From Promethearchaeota archaeon (GTDB taxonomy: Archaea > Asgardarchaeota > Lokiarchaeia > Sigyniarchaeales > SOKP01): 30,037 nt of DNA. Positions 18,996 through 26,821 of the stretch are shown piece after piece; within the stretch, counting starts at the first letter, position 1; each line of letters starts with the position of its first letter. The stretch covers positions 1-30,037 of the forward strand of contig JAFGOA010000058.1 in the NCBI GenBank assembly GCA_016926735.1, given 5' to 3'. Made by a program: the position numbers and the translations under genes. Below the pieces are notes generated by a model. That model ran no database searches. It was not told the origin of the DNA and saw nothing but the letters and a program-made list of their open reading frames with translations.

Positions 18996-19832
18996 ATGAA
19001 AACTGAAATCTATTATTTTTCTGGAACTGGTAATTCATTATACTTAGCTAAACAATTACAGAGTCTCCTCCCTGAAATAAATCTAATACCTATTGCAAAA
19101 ATATTAAGATTTAATTATATCGAGACAAAAGGAGAGAATATTGGATTTATATTTCCTTGTCATGGTTTAACTATACCAATACCAGTAAGAAAGTTGTTAA
19201 AAAGAATAAATATTAAAGCTTCCAAGTATTTTTTTGCGATTGTAACTCGGGGAGGATCTATTTTTAGAGGCTTTCCTAAAATTAATAAACTTTTAAAAAA
19301 ACAAGGTAAAAAACTAAATGCATCATTTGTTATAACTATGGGGCTCAATGATCCAAAATTAAAGGCATTTAAAGTTCCAAATAAGAGAGAATTAAAAGCT
19401 ATAGAAATAAATGTCCAAGAAAAGTTAAGACTAATTGAAAACGTTATAAATCATCAAAAGAATTATCATGATGATAATAGTGGAGTTCGATTTTCCAAAT
19501 TTTCTATAGTTAATCTTATAATGGAACGATTAATTCCTTTTGCAGTACATTATATTGCTCCAAAAGTAAAACAATATTTCTATATAGATTCAAAATGTAT
19601 GAGTTGTGGAATTTGTGAGAAAGTTTGTCCATCACAAAAAATTATCATGAAGAATAATCAACCCATATGGCAGAGTATAGTCAATTGTTATTATTGCTAT
19701 GCTTGTTTAAATTATTGTCCTACAGAATCAATTCAAATATACTCACAATTTTATATGAAATCTTATACACCTGAAAGAGGGAGATATCCACATCCTTATG
19801 CTAATGTAAAAGAGATTTCAAACCAAAAGTAA
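18996..19832 (+). CDS. EFR1-family flavodoxin/ferredoxin fusion
   Basis: IYYFSGTGNS, IGFIFP. Two 4Fe-4S motifs CMSCGICEKVCP and CYYCYACLNYCP. C-terminal RYxHP. Confidence 0.92.
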   Translation: MKTEIYYFSGTGNSLYLAKQLQSLLPEINLIPIAKILRFNYIETKGENIGFIFPCHGLTIPIPVRKLLKRINIKASKYFFAIVTRGGSIFRGFPKINKLLKKQGKKLNASFVITMGLNDPKLKAFKVPNKRELKAIEINVQEKLRLIENVINHQKNYHDDNSGVRFSKFSIVNLIMERLIPFAVHYIAPKVKQYFYIDSKCMSCGICEKVCPSQKIIMKNNQPIWQSIVNCYYCYACLNYCPTESIQIYSQFYMKSYTPERGRYPHPYANVKEISNQK

Positions 19833-19875
19833 TCATCAATGTTATTAAATAAACTGAAAAATCATACTAAAAAAG

Positions 19876-20556
19876 GTGAAATATATTTCTAAAATACCAA
19901 GAAGAGAACGTGAAAAATTAAAACGTCATAATGATATCCTTGAGGCTGCAAAAAAAAGATTCTTTGAAAAAGAGTATGATAAGGTATCAATGGATGTTAT
20001 TGCTAAAGATATAGAGCTTTCTAAATCAACACTTTATTTATACTTTAAAAATAAACAATCTCTTTACTTTGCTGTAGTATTAAAAGGAATGATTATTTTA
20101 CGGGATATGTTTAAAAAAGCTATAAAGAGTAAACATACAGGAATAGAAAAGCTTTTAGGTATAGCCAAAGCATCTTTTAATTATATGCAAATACACCCAG
20201 ACTACTATCGTCTTAATATTTCAGCGAGAAATCCTCGTTTTACAAAATTCCTTGATAAGGATAATAATGAACAGAGTATGATTGAATATGCAGAAAAATA
20301 TATTGAACTTATAAAAGAATTACTTGATTTTCTATTAGAAGCTGTAAACTTAGGAATTAAAGATGGTACGATTAAAAAGGAATCAAATCCTTTGCAAACA
20401 GCAATGTTTTTGGGTTCTGCTATTGAAACAATAGTATATTTATCTCCAGAAAACCAACTACTCCTAGATATGTATAGTATATCCCCAAAAGAATATTTCC
20501 ATCACTCGATTAACCTATTATTAAAGGGAATAAGCGGAGATAAATCTAAAAATTAA
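19876..20556 (+). CDS. TetR/AcrR-family regulator
   Basis: RREREK...ILEAAKKRFFEKEYDKVSMDVIAKDIELSKSTLYLYFKNK. Confidence 0.93.
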   Translation: MKYISKIPRREREKLKRHNDILEAAKKRFFEKEYDKVSMDVIAKDIELSKSTLYLYFKNKQSLYFAVVLKGMIILRDMFKKAIKSKHTGIEKLLGIAKASFNYMQIHPDYYRLNISARNPRFTKFLDKDNNEQSMIEYAEKYIELIKELLDFLLEAVNLGIKDGTIKKESNPLQTAMFLGSAIETIVYLSPENQLLLDMYSISPKEYFHHSINLLLKGISGDKSKN

Positions 20557-20573
20557 ATATGGACACCTATAAT

Positions 20574-20601
20574 TTATCATGAAACAGTTATAACTGTTAG
20601 A
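20574..20601 (-). repeat. dif-like site D (spacer inverted)
   Basis: TTATCATGAAA-CAGTTA-TAACTGTTAGA. CAGTTA is the reverse complement of TAACTG. Left arm matches B/C, right arm is divergent. Confidence 0.55.
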
Positions 20602-20839
20602 ATATAAAATATTAAATCAAATTTATTTTACCCTCAGAACAAAAACTATAAACAGAAAATTTGATAAAAAAAATTCTTAATTGATAAACTCTAAGTCCTA
20701 TTTTCATGAAAATTCCTTTGAAAAAATGAAAGAAAATAAAATAATAAAATATCCAAAAAATATAGGAAAATTAAATTTAAAATTAAAGAAGAATGGATTT
20801 TATGATTAATTTAATAGTTATAAATAATTTATTAAGCAT

Positions 20840-21118
20840 ATGAAAACAATTATAATTGATGGATCTAACATTGACAGTATTGATAAGTTGTATAATAAAC
20901 TATAATTATCATTAGATTTACCTAACTATTTTGGAAACAATTTAGATGCATTATGGGATTGTATAACAGGTTATATTGAACTTCCAATTAGAATAAAATG
21001 GATAAACTTCGATAAAATAGCAAATTCACTTGGTAATGAGTTTATAAATAAATTGATAGAATTATTCTCAGAAGCAGAAGATGAATTAGTTAAATTAATT
21101 CAAGTGGAATATGATTGA
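20840..21118 (+). pseudogene. Barstar (barnase inhibitor) family gene with premature TAA; absent from the ORF track
   Basis: MKTIIIDGSNIDSIDKLYNKL*LSLDLPNYFGNNLDALWDCITGYIELPIRIKWINF... carries the barstar signature (F/Y)GxNLDALWDC. Stop at 20903-20905. Confidence 0.92.
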
Positions 21119-21269
21119 TTTGTGGCAAAACATTAAAAAATTAGATGCATTTTTAATTGAAAAAAGGATAAATGAAGGAAAGATTATTATTGAAAATATA
21201 AAAAATACAACAGAATTGATCTTTTAATATAAAATTGTATTTTTAGACCTTTATTTAATGATTTAGTGA

Positions 21270-21362
21270 TATTCCGATTAAGAAAAAAACTTTTTTCATG
21301 GAAAAAATAATATTTTTAATGGAAAATGGGTGCAAAATAACTGTTTTGCAAAACTCATTTTA
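21270..21362 (+). repeat. About 90-bp repeat: accessory boxes + dif-like site E
   Basis: TTTTTCATGGAAAAA...TTTTTAATGGAAAA, then TGGGTGCAAAA-TAACTG-TTTTGCAAAAC (21327-21354). Close direct repeat of 22525-22615. Confidence 0.85.
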
Positions 21363-21606
21363 CAGAGTTATCTCTGTTATCTTATTAAAGAGTTAGAAAA
21401 GAAAAATAATAATAGAGGTTTTTTGATAAGATAATGGGCCTTCCGACGTATAATTAACCAATATAAAAACGATTGACTTCAATTTGTAAGATTTATAAAT
21501 AGTATACTTTATAAAGGAAATTTTTTATTTAAATATTTTAAAAAAAGGATAATAGACCAAAAGAAAGAAAGTTTTAAAGCTTATAATGGAATATAATTAA
21601 TTTTGA

Positions 21607-22176
21607 TTACTTTTTTTTTAATTTAAACAAATCAAAATACATTTTAATAGTATTTTTATCAATTTTCTCATTAGAAGATAATTTCTTTAATATAATCCTT
21701 CCAAGAGGCTTATCAACAAAATCAAATCCCATATTTAAATAAAATTTTATTGTCTCATGATTAGTTAAGGAATCAACAAAGACACATCTACATCCTATAA
21801 CTTTAGATACAGATAAAGCAATACTTACAGCTTTTTTGATTAAATCTGAACCAAATCCTTTCCTACGAAATCTTTTATCTATAGCAAACATACCAAGTAA
21901 AATACCTGGGATATATCTCGTTATTTTTTCTAAGAATAATGAATCATCCCATTGAATAGTTGAACTTGAAAGGGTAAAATATCCTATAATATTAGATTTA
22001 TTCAATTCTTCCAAAATATACATTTGAGAATATCCATATTTCATAAATATTGAAGCATATTTATATAAGAATTCATCCAATTCTTTAAATCCAGAACCAA
22101 ATTCATAATTCTGGAAAGTAAAAGTATCATCTATCTTTTTAAAGACAGGATTTATTTCTCTCATTAGTAAAATCAA
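21607..22176 (-). CDS. GNAT acetyltransferase toxin (AtaT/TacT-like)
   Basis: FGSG..ELDEFL, IIGYFTLS, IPGILLGMFAID, RRKGFG, GCRCVFVDS, FYLNMGF match the tRNA-acetylating toxin subfamily pattern. Confidence 0.8.
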   Translation of the reverse strand: MILLMREINPVFKKIDDTFTFQNYEFGSGFKELDEFLYKYASIFMKYGYSQMYILEELNKSNIIGYFTLSSSTIQWDDSLFLEKITRYIPGILLGMFAIDKRFRRKGFGSDLIKKAVSIALSVSKVIGCRCVFVDSLTNHETIKFYLNMGFDFVDKPLGRIILKKLSSNEKIDKNTIKMYFDLFKLKKK

Positions 22177-22183
22177 GTAAAAA

Positions 22184-22402
22184 TTATTCTTTTGTGAGAT
22201 CTGTTATTTCATTTTTTAATTCTGAATAAAAACTAGCTAATTTTTCATCATATTCTACATTTTCCAAATCATTCAATAAATCTTCTACAGCTTCTTTAGA
22301 TTTAAGGACGAGATCATCATTTGTAGATATAATATAGAAATCTTCTGGTTCATGAACCTCTTCAAATTTTCTAACTTCCTCTTCAGTTTTCATAATTTTC
22401 AC
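22184..22402 (-). CDS. Putative antitoxin (acidic, DUF1778-C-terminus-like)
   Basis: Small acidic ORF 7 nt upstream of the GNAT gene. LVLKSKEAVEDLLNDLEN...EKL recalls the toxin-binding tail of AtaR/TacA. Confidence 0.55.
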   Translation of the reverse strand: MKIMKTEEEVRKFEEVHEPEDFYIISTNDDLVLKSKEAVEDLLNDLENVEYDEKLASFYSELKNEITDLTKE

Positions 22403-22524
22403 TTTATATTTTTCATCTTAACATTAAATAAATACTAAAAAAAGTATTAAAAACTTCCTTTTTTTTATTTTATATAAATTATTTTAAACTTAAATTTTTA
22501 AACCTTTAACGAATAAATTAATAT

Positions 22525-22617
22525 TATTCAGATTTAGAAAAATTCTTTTCCATGGAAAAAAATAAATTTTTAATGGAAAATGGATGCAAAATAACTGTTT
22601 TGCAAAACACTTTTTCC
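22525..22617 (+). repeat. About 90-bp repeat: accessory boxes + dif-like site F
   Basis: TTTTCCATGGAAAA...TTTTTAATGGAAAA, then TGGATGCAAAA-TAACTG-TTTTGCAAAAC (22581-22608). Confidence 0.85.
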
Positions 22618-22953
22618 TAAGCGTTTTCCCATCTCTCATCAAGCTCTGAGAAGCATAAGAATATAGTAGGATTAGTTATTATAATATCATTATCTCTGCA
22701 TTATAAATAAAAGATATAAAGTTATTTGACTTATAATTTCAAGATATAATAGAAGAAAAATTAAATATAATTAAGAAATTTTTATTTTTATGAAATGTAA
22801 TATCTTAATTTGTAAACTTTGTGTTTGATTTTTATTAAGATTTAGTAGAAAAAAATATCTTTCAATCCATTATATAATTTCTTTCAAATTACATAATAGT
22901 TTTAAATATTCAAGACTTCTAAACTATATAATAAAAAGAGAGAGTTAATAATT

Positions 22954-23955
22954 ATGCGTTATAATCCCATTCCTTTTTTGAAGCAAACAACATACCCTTG
23001 GATTATATATAATCTTTATAAAAATATCTTAACCAAATCTAAAGATGAGGATGTACTATTAAAAATTAAGAAAGCAATGATAAATAGTGAACTCATCCAA
23101 GAATCAATTAATATTGCTAATATGTGGGAAGAATCTATTTTAAAACGACATAATGATGCAACTCATCCAATACATTATCTTGAGATTATTACAGAATTTG
23201 GATTGAATCAGAATGATCCTGGTGTTTCAAACATATGTCAGTTAATCTTTGCACACCAAACCAATGATGGAGCCTTTCAAACTAAAATATTAGTACCAAA
23301 GCAATTTAAAGGGAGTGGTGAAGCAAGTTGGGATTGGATGACTTGTGATATTCCAATTTTAATTTATTTCCTTAGTACTATGGGGTTTCAAGATGATTTA
23401 CGTGTTAAAAAAGCAATTAAACATTTAGTAGGATTAATTCAGGATAATGGATTGAGGTGCATTAGTTCGATTCCAAAATTTAGAGGTCCAGGAAGAAAGG
23501 AAGATCATTGTCCTTATGCAAATCTTTTAGCTTTGAAAGCATTAGCAAACGTTTTGGATAGTAAATATATTCAGGATGCATGTAGTAATACCATTCAAGC
23601 ACAACTTGATTTCTGGAAAAATCGTACAGAACGAAAAATTTACTTATTTGGTATTGGAACTGACTTTAAAAAATTAAAATATCCGAATATCTATTATAAC
23701 ATTGTTCATGTTCTTGATGTTCTCAGTTTATTTAAAGAAGCACGAGAATCTAATTATTTTCAAGAAATGTTAACTATTGTAAATAATAAGCAAAATGAGG
23801 ATGGAAGTTTTATTGCAGAATCAGTATGGCGTGCATTCAAAAATTATGATTTTGGTCAGAAAAAATATTCTTCTCCAACATTAACATATAAAATTACTGA
23901 AATTAATAATAGATGCAATAATCTTGATAATGAATGGATCTTAGACAACATATAA
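22954..23955 (+). CDS. Prenyltransferase/squalene-cyclase-repeat (alpha/alpha barrel) protein
   Basis: QTNDGAF and QNEDGSF QW-like repeats, DLRVKKA, FKKLKYP..YYNIVHVLDVL. Function unknown. Confidence 0.7.
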   Translation: MRYNPIPFLKQTTYPWIIYNLYKNILTKSKDEDVLLKIKKAMINSELIQESINIANMWEESILKRHNDATHPIHYLEIITEFGLNQNDPGVSNICQLIFAHQTNDGAFQTKILVPKQFKGSGEASWDWMTCDIPILIYFLSTMGFQDDLRVKKAIKHLVGLIQDNGLRCISSIPKFRGPGRKEDHCPYANLLALKALANVLDSKYIQDACSNTIQAQLDFWKNRTERKIYLFGIGTDFKKLKYPNIYYNIVHVLDVLSLFKEARESNYFQEMLTIVNNKQNEDGSFIAESVWRAFKNYDFGQKKYSSPTLTYKITEINNRCNNLDNEWILDNI

Positions 23956-23968
23956 GTATAATTATTTT

Positions 23969-24042
23969 GAAAATTCTTTTTTTCCATGGAAAAAGTGACT
24001 ATTTTAATGGAAAACTAAAGTGAAAGGACAGTTTCACGAATA
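23969..24042 (+). repeat. Accessory boxes + dif-like site G
   Basis: TTTTCCATGGAAAA...TTTTAATGGAAAA, then CTAAAGTGAAA-GGACAG-TTTCACGAATA (24015-24042). GTGAAA/TTTCAC is a perfect inverted repeat around the 6-bp spacer. Confidence 0.8.
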
Positions 24043-24069
24043 AAATAAAAAAGAATTTTTAATTTATGA

Positions 24070-24927
24070 TTATAATAAATCAGACATCATATTAAACCAT
24101 TCAGCTAATTCTTGAGCAGATTCAATGTATCCTCCCATTATTGCTGTTGCAAGGAGTTTAAGTCTTTCATGTTTAATTCCTATTTTTATAGTCCAAATTA
24201 TAATAACAAGTGAGATAATAATTGATAATATGGCAGCTAATATTGAGTAAAAAGATATAGGAATCATCATCAATATGAATGATGGAACGAGTATTAAATC
24301 TAAGAAATGAACTATAAAAAGAATTAACATACGTTTTAATGTTTTTCTATTATAACATATTGTTCTTGCGGCTTCAACAAATTTAACTATTTGTTTTTGG
24401 CTCTCTGTTATCGGTTCTTCTTTAAAAATAATTCCATTACCATATATAGGAATTCCACGAATAATACCTCCTGATTGTAATTCATATTTCATTTTTTGAT
24501 GATTTATTATTTTCACCATTTTTTTTTGGATTTCTTTATATCGATTTCTCTTTTGACTTTCATATTCCCATAATTCATTCATTTTAAAATAAGCAATTAA
24601 TTTCTTCTTAATAGGAATATATTGAAGGTTAAAAAACTCAATATTTTTTTTAAAGGTTGCTATAGCTTCCTTGTCAGAGAGCTTAGCTTTTATTATTTCA
24701 TATTTCACTGGTTCTATTAGACTAAAGAAAAAGAAAAATAACCTTGTTACAAATATTAGACCGATTATAGAAGTTAATAAATAATATAGATCTCTTGTTT
24801 CATCTATACCTAAATCCATTGGGGGGTATTTCATAAATTGAATAATAATTATGATTAATATAGGTAAAGAAAAGATACATTGTACTAGTAGATATATTAA
24901 TATGTTTCGCTTTAATTTATTTTTCAA
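24070..24927 (-). CDS. Hypothetical four-TM membrane protein
   Basis: Long ORF with two TM pairs flanking a soluble basic region. Confidence 0.7.
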   Translation of the reverse strand: MKNKLKRNILIYLLVQCIFSLPILIIIIIQFMKYPPMDLGIDETRDLYYLLTSIIGLIFVTRLFFFFFSLIEPVKYEIIKAKLSDKEAIATFKKNIEFFNLQYIPIKKKLIAYFKMNELWEYESQKRNRYKEIQKKMVKIINHQKMKYELQSGGIIRGIPIYGNGIIFKEEPITESQKQIVKFVEAARTICYNRKTLKRMLILFIVHFLDLILVPSFILMMIPISFYSILAAILSIIISLVIIIWTIKIGIKHERLKLLATAIMGGYIESAQELAEWFNMMSDLL

Positions 24928-25145
24928 ATCAATTTTTATTATAATACACCATTTTCTTTTATTATTTGATACTATATGTCTTACACGTATTTAAAGGTTT
25001 GAGGTACTCTTTTCGAACTTTTTTTTTGTTTAAACTAGTGAATAAAATATTATCAGAAACTTTATCTTGTAAATCACCTTTTCCTTTATACAATAAAGTA
25101 AGTTGACGACTATGAGGAATATTCTCTTAATTTTAGGGAGTTTAA

Positions 25146-25165
25146 TAAATTCACCATCTTCTATA
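25146..25165 (+). repeat. 20-bp direct repeat, copy 1
   Basis: TAAATTCACCATCTTCTATA, identical at 25761-25780. Confidence 0.8.
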
Positions 25166-25186
25166 ACCCCCAATAAATACTTATAT

Positions 25187-25627
25187 TTAATTTAAATTAA
25201 CCAACCAATGATATTCATAACGGGTAGTAAATTTTACAATTAAAGAATTACACTTAGGACATAAACCAGTATATTGATAAATAGGCATATGACCTCTTCC
25301 GATAATATCAAAATAACCACGAATATTTTTTCTTCTATATTTTAGTTCATTGTCATACCATATTTTTTTGCATTTTAAACAAACACATAAAAATCGAAAA
25401 AGAGGATCATATTTATCTTCAAGTAACTCTTCAATTTCTATATTATATTCATTAGAATAAGAGTCTGTATTAATAAACTTAGTCATATGTTTAATAGAAT
25501 CTCTTGTTCTTAGAGGAGCATAAAGATTATATTTTGAGTTATATTTATATTTGCCAGATTCTAAATTCTCCATTGTTTTTGGATGATCATCTAAAGTAAG
25601 AATAGGCATTTTATTAAGACTCTTCAT
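25187..25627 (-). CDS. Hypothetical Zn-finger protein
   Basis: CVCLKC...CPKC. No family recognised. Confidence 0.65.
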   Translation of the reverse strand: MKSLNKMPILTLDDHPKTMENLESGKYKYNSKYNLYAPLRTRDSIKHMTKFINTDSYSNEYNIEIEELLEDKYDPLFRFLCVCLKCKKIWYDNELKYRRKNIRGYFDIIGRGHMPIYQYTGLCPKCNSLIVKFTTRYEYHWLVNLN

Positions 25628-25760
25628 TTTTAGAACTTTTGATAATTTTAAATCACTAAAAAAAAAATATTCAATTTTTCTTTTTTTTTTATATTCTTCA
25701 TATAATTAAAAAACAAACAATCCTATTGATAAATTTTATTTTTTTAAAAACATTCATTAG

Positions 25761-25780
25761 TAAATTCACCATCTTCTATA
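25761..25780 (+). repeat. 20-bp direct repeat, copy 2
   Basis: TAAATTCACCATCTTCTATA. A 13-bp inverted match also lies at 28547-28559. Confidence 0.8.
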
Positions 25781-25982
25781 GTCCCTAATTCTTCTCCTTA
25801 TATGAAACGAACGATATTTATGAAATAATCATACTTTTCATTAAAAATCTTTTTTTGTATATATCAATCAATTTTAAATTTGATTGATATTAACATTACT
25901 ATCTAAAAACATTAGTAGAGGATCAATAATGTAGGTAATTTCTTAGAGATTTCGAAAATCCTTCTTAAAATTTTTTTATATT

Positions 25983-26462
25983 TTATTTATTTTCCTTTCC
26001 GGGTTTATAATTAACTTTAGGGATTTCAAAATTAGTAAGGTCTATTAGATAATTAATTAACTTACTGTAATGTTTATTTACCTCTGGGCGGGTTCTCTCT
26101 ATAATATGATATTTATTTTTATCATATACCTCAAATACTTTTTTAGTTCCATCCATTACAAGGAACCCGTCATTATTATCCTTAATTAAGTTCCAGAAAT
26201 CCATTTTCTCAATATAATTTCTAATCTCTTGGACTTCTTCCTTACTTATTGCTTTAGTAATCTCTTTTTTGGGTGCAATTCCTGCCGCTGAAGGATATAT
26301 AGCGGTTAGAGTATTCTCATTCTGTTTCACATCAATTCTTATAACTACAGGATCTTTGAATGTTCTGTTTATCGTCAATCTGTATGTTGTTAAGTCTGGC
26401 GATTTAAGATTATAAAGAGCGGAATCAAATGGATTTTTTGTAAAAGGTTTTTTTAAATTCAT
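25983..26462 (-). CDS. Hypothetical protein
   Basis: YRLT..RTFKDPVVIRI...DFWNL...DG...FE....YH...R..P recalls a bacterial uncharacterised family. Not confirmed. Confidence 0.65.
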   Translation of the reverse strand: MNLKKPFTKNPFDSALYNLKSPDLTTYRLTINRTFKDPVVIRIDVKQNENTLTAIYPSAAGIAPKKEITKAISKEEVQEIRNYIEKMDFWNLIKDNNDGFLVMDGTKKVFEVYDKNKYHIIERTRPEVNKHYSKLINYLIDLTNFEIPKVNYKPGKENK

Positions 26463-26618
26463 GCTACAATACAGATATTAGCATTTGTATAAAAATTTTT
26501 AGTTATTAAATTCTTTAATCTGGAATTCCTCTTTAAATAAAATTATAAGACTTTTCATAAACATTTTTCCATGTAGTAATGATATAATTCTGGATCTATT
26601 TGTGTTTATAATGATAAT

Positions 26619-26675
26619 ATTAAGGAAAAGAACAGTTACAATTTAATTTTCCATTAAAAATCTTTTTTTTTATAT
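26619..26675 (+). repeat. Degenerate dif-like site H with accessory box on the right side
   Basis: ATTAAGGAAAA-GAACAG-TTACAATTTAA, immediately followed by TTTTCCATTAAAAA (reverse complement of the proximal box). Confidence 0.6.
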
Positions 26676-26821
26676 AATAGACACTTTAAAAAATAAAAAT
26701 AGGATTTAAGAATTTATGGAAATTATTGATATCTAATCATATAACTTATAAATTAAAATTATAAATGAAAAATTGGATCAAATAATTATTAGATTAGTCA
26801 TTCTAGTATAAATGATTATAT

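Noticed and set aside
18822-22608. IS terminal inverted repeats (ACTGTTTTGCAAAA resembles some IS1182-like ends)
   Set aside because: Copies are mostly direct rather than facing pairs, with no matching transposase or target duplication. Symmetry around a 6-bp centre fits a recombination core better. Disfavoured, not disproved.
21291-24014. Replication-origin ORB boxes (TTCCATGGAA)
   Set aside because: ORBs are TCCAnTGGA with a central base and usually a G-string near cdc6/orc1. None of these is present.
18619-24042. Canonical integron attC sites
   Set aside because: No RYYYAAC...GTTRRRY pair enclosing a long hairpin. Cargo is in both orientations with its own promoters, and there is no intI. 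Longer imperfect hairpins at E and F mean a ssDNA mechanism is not fully excluded.
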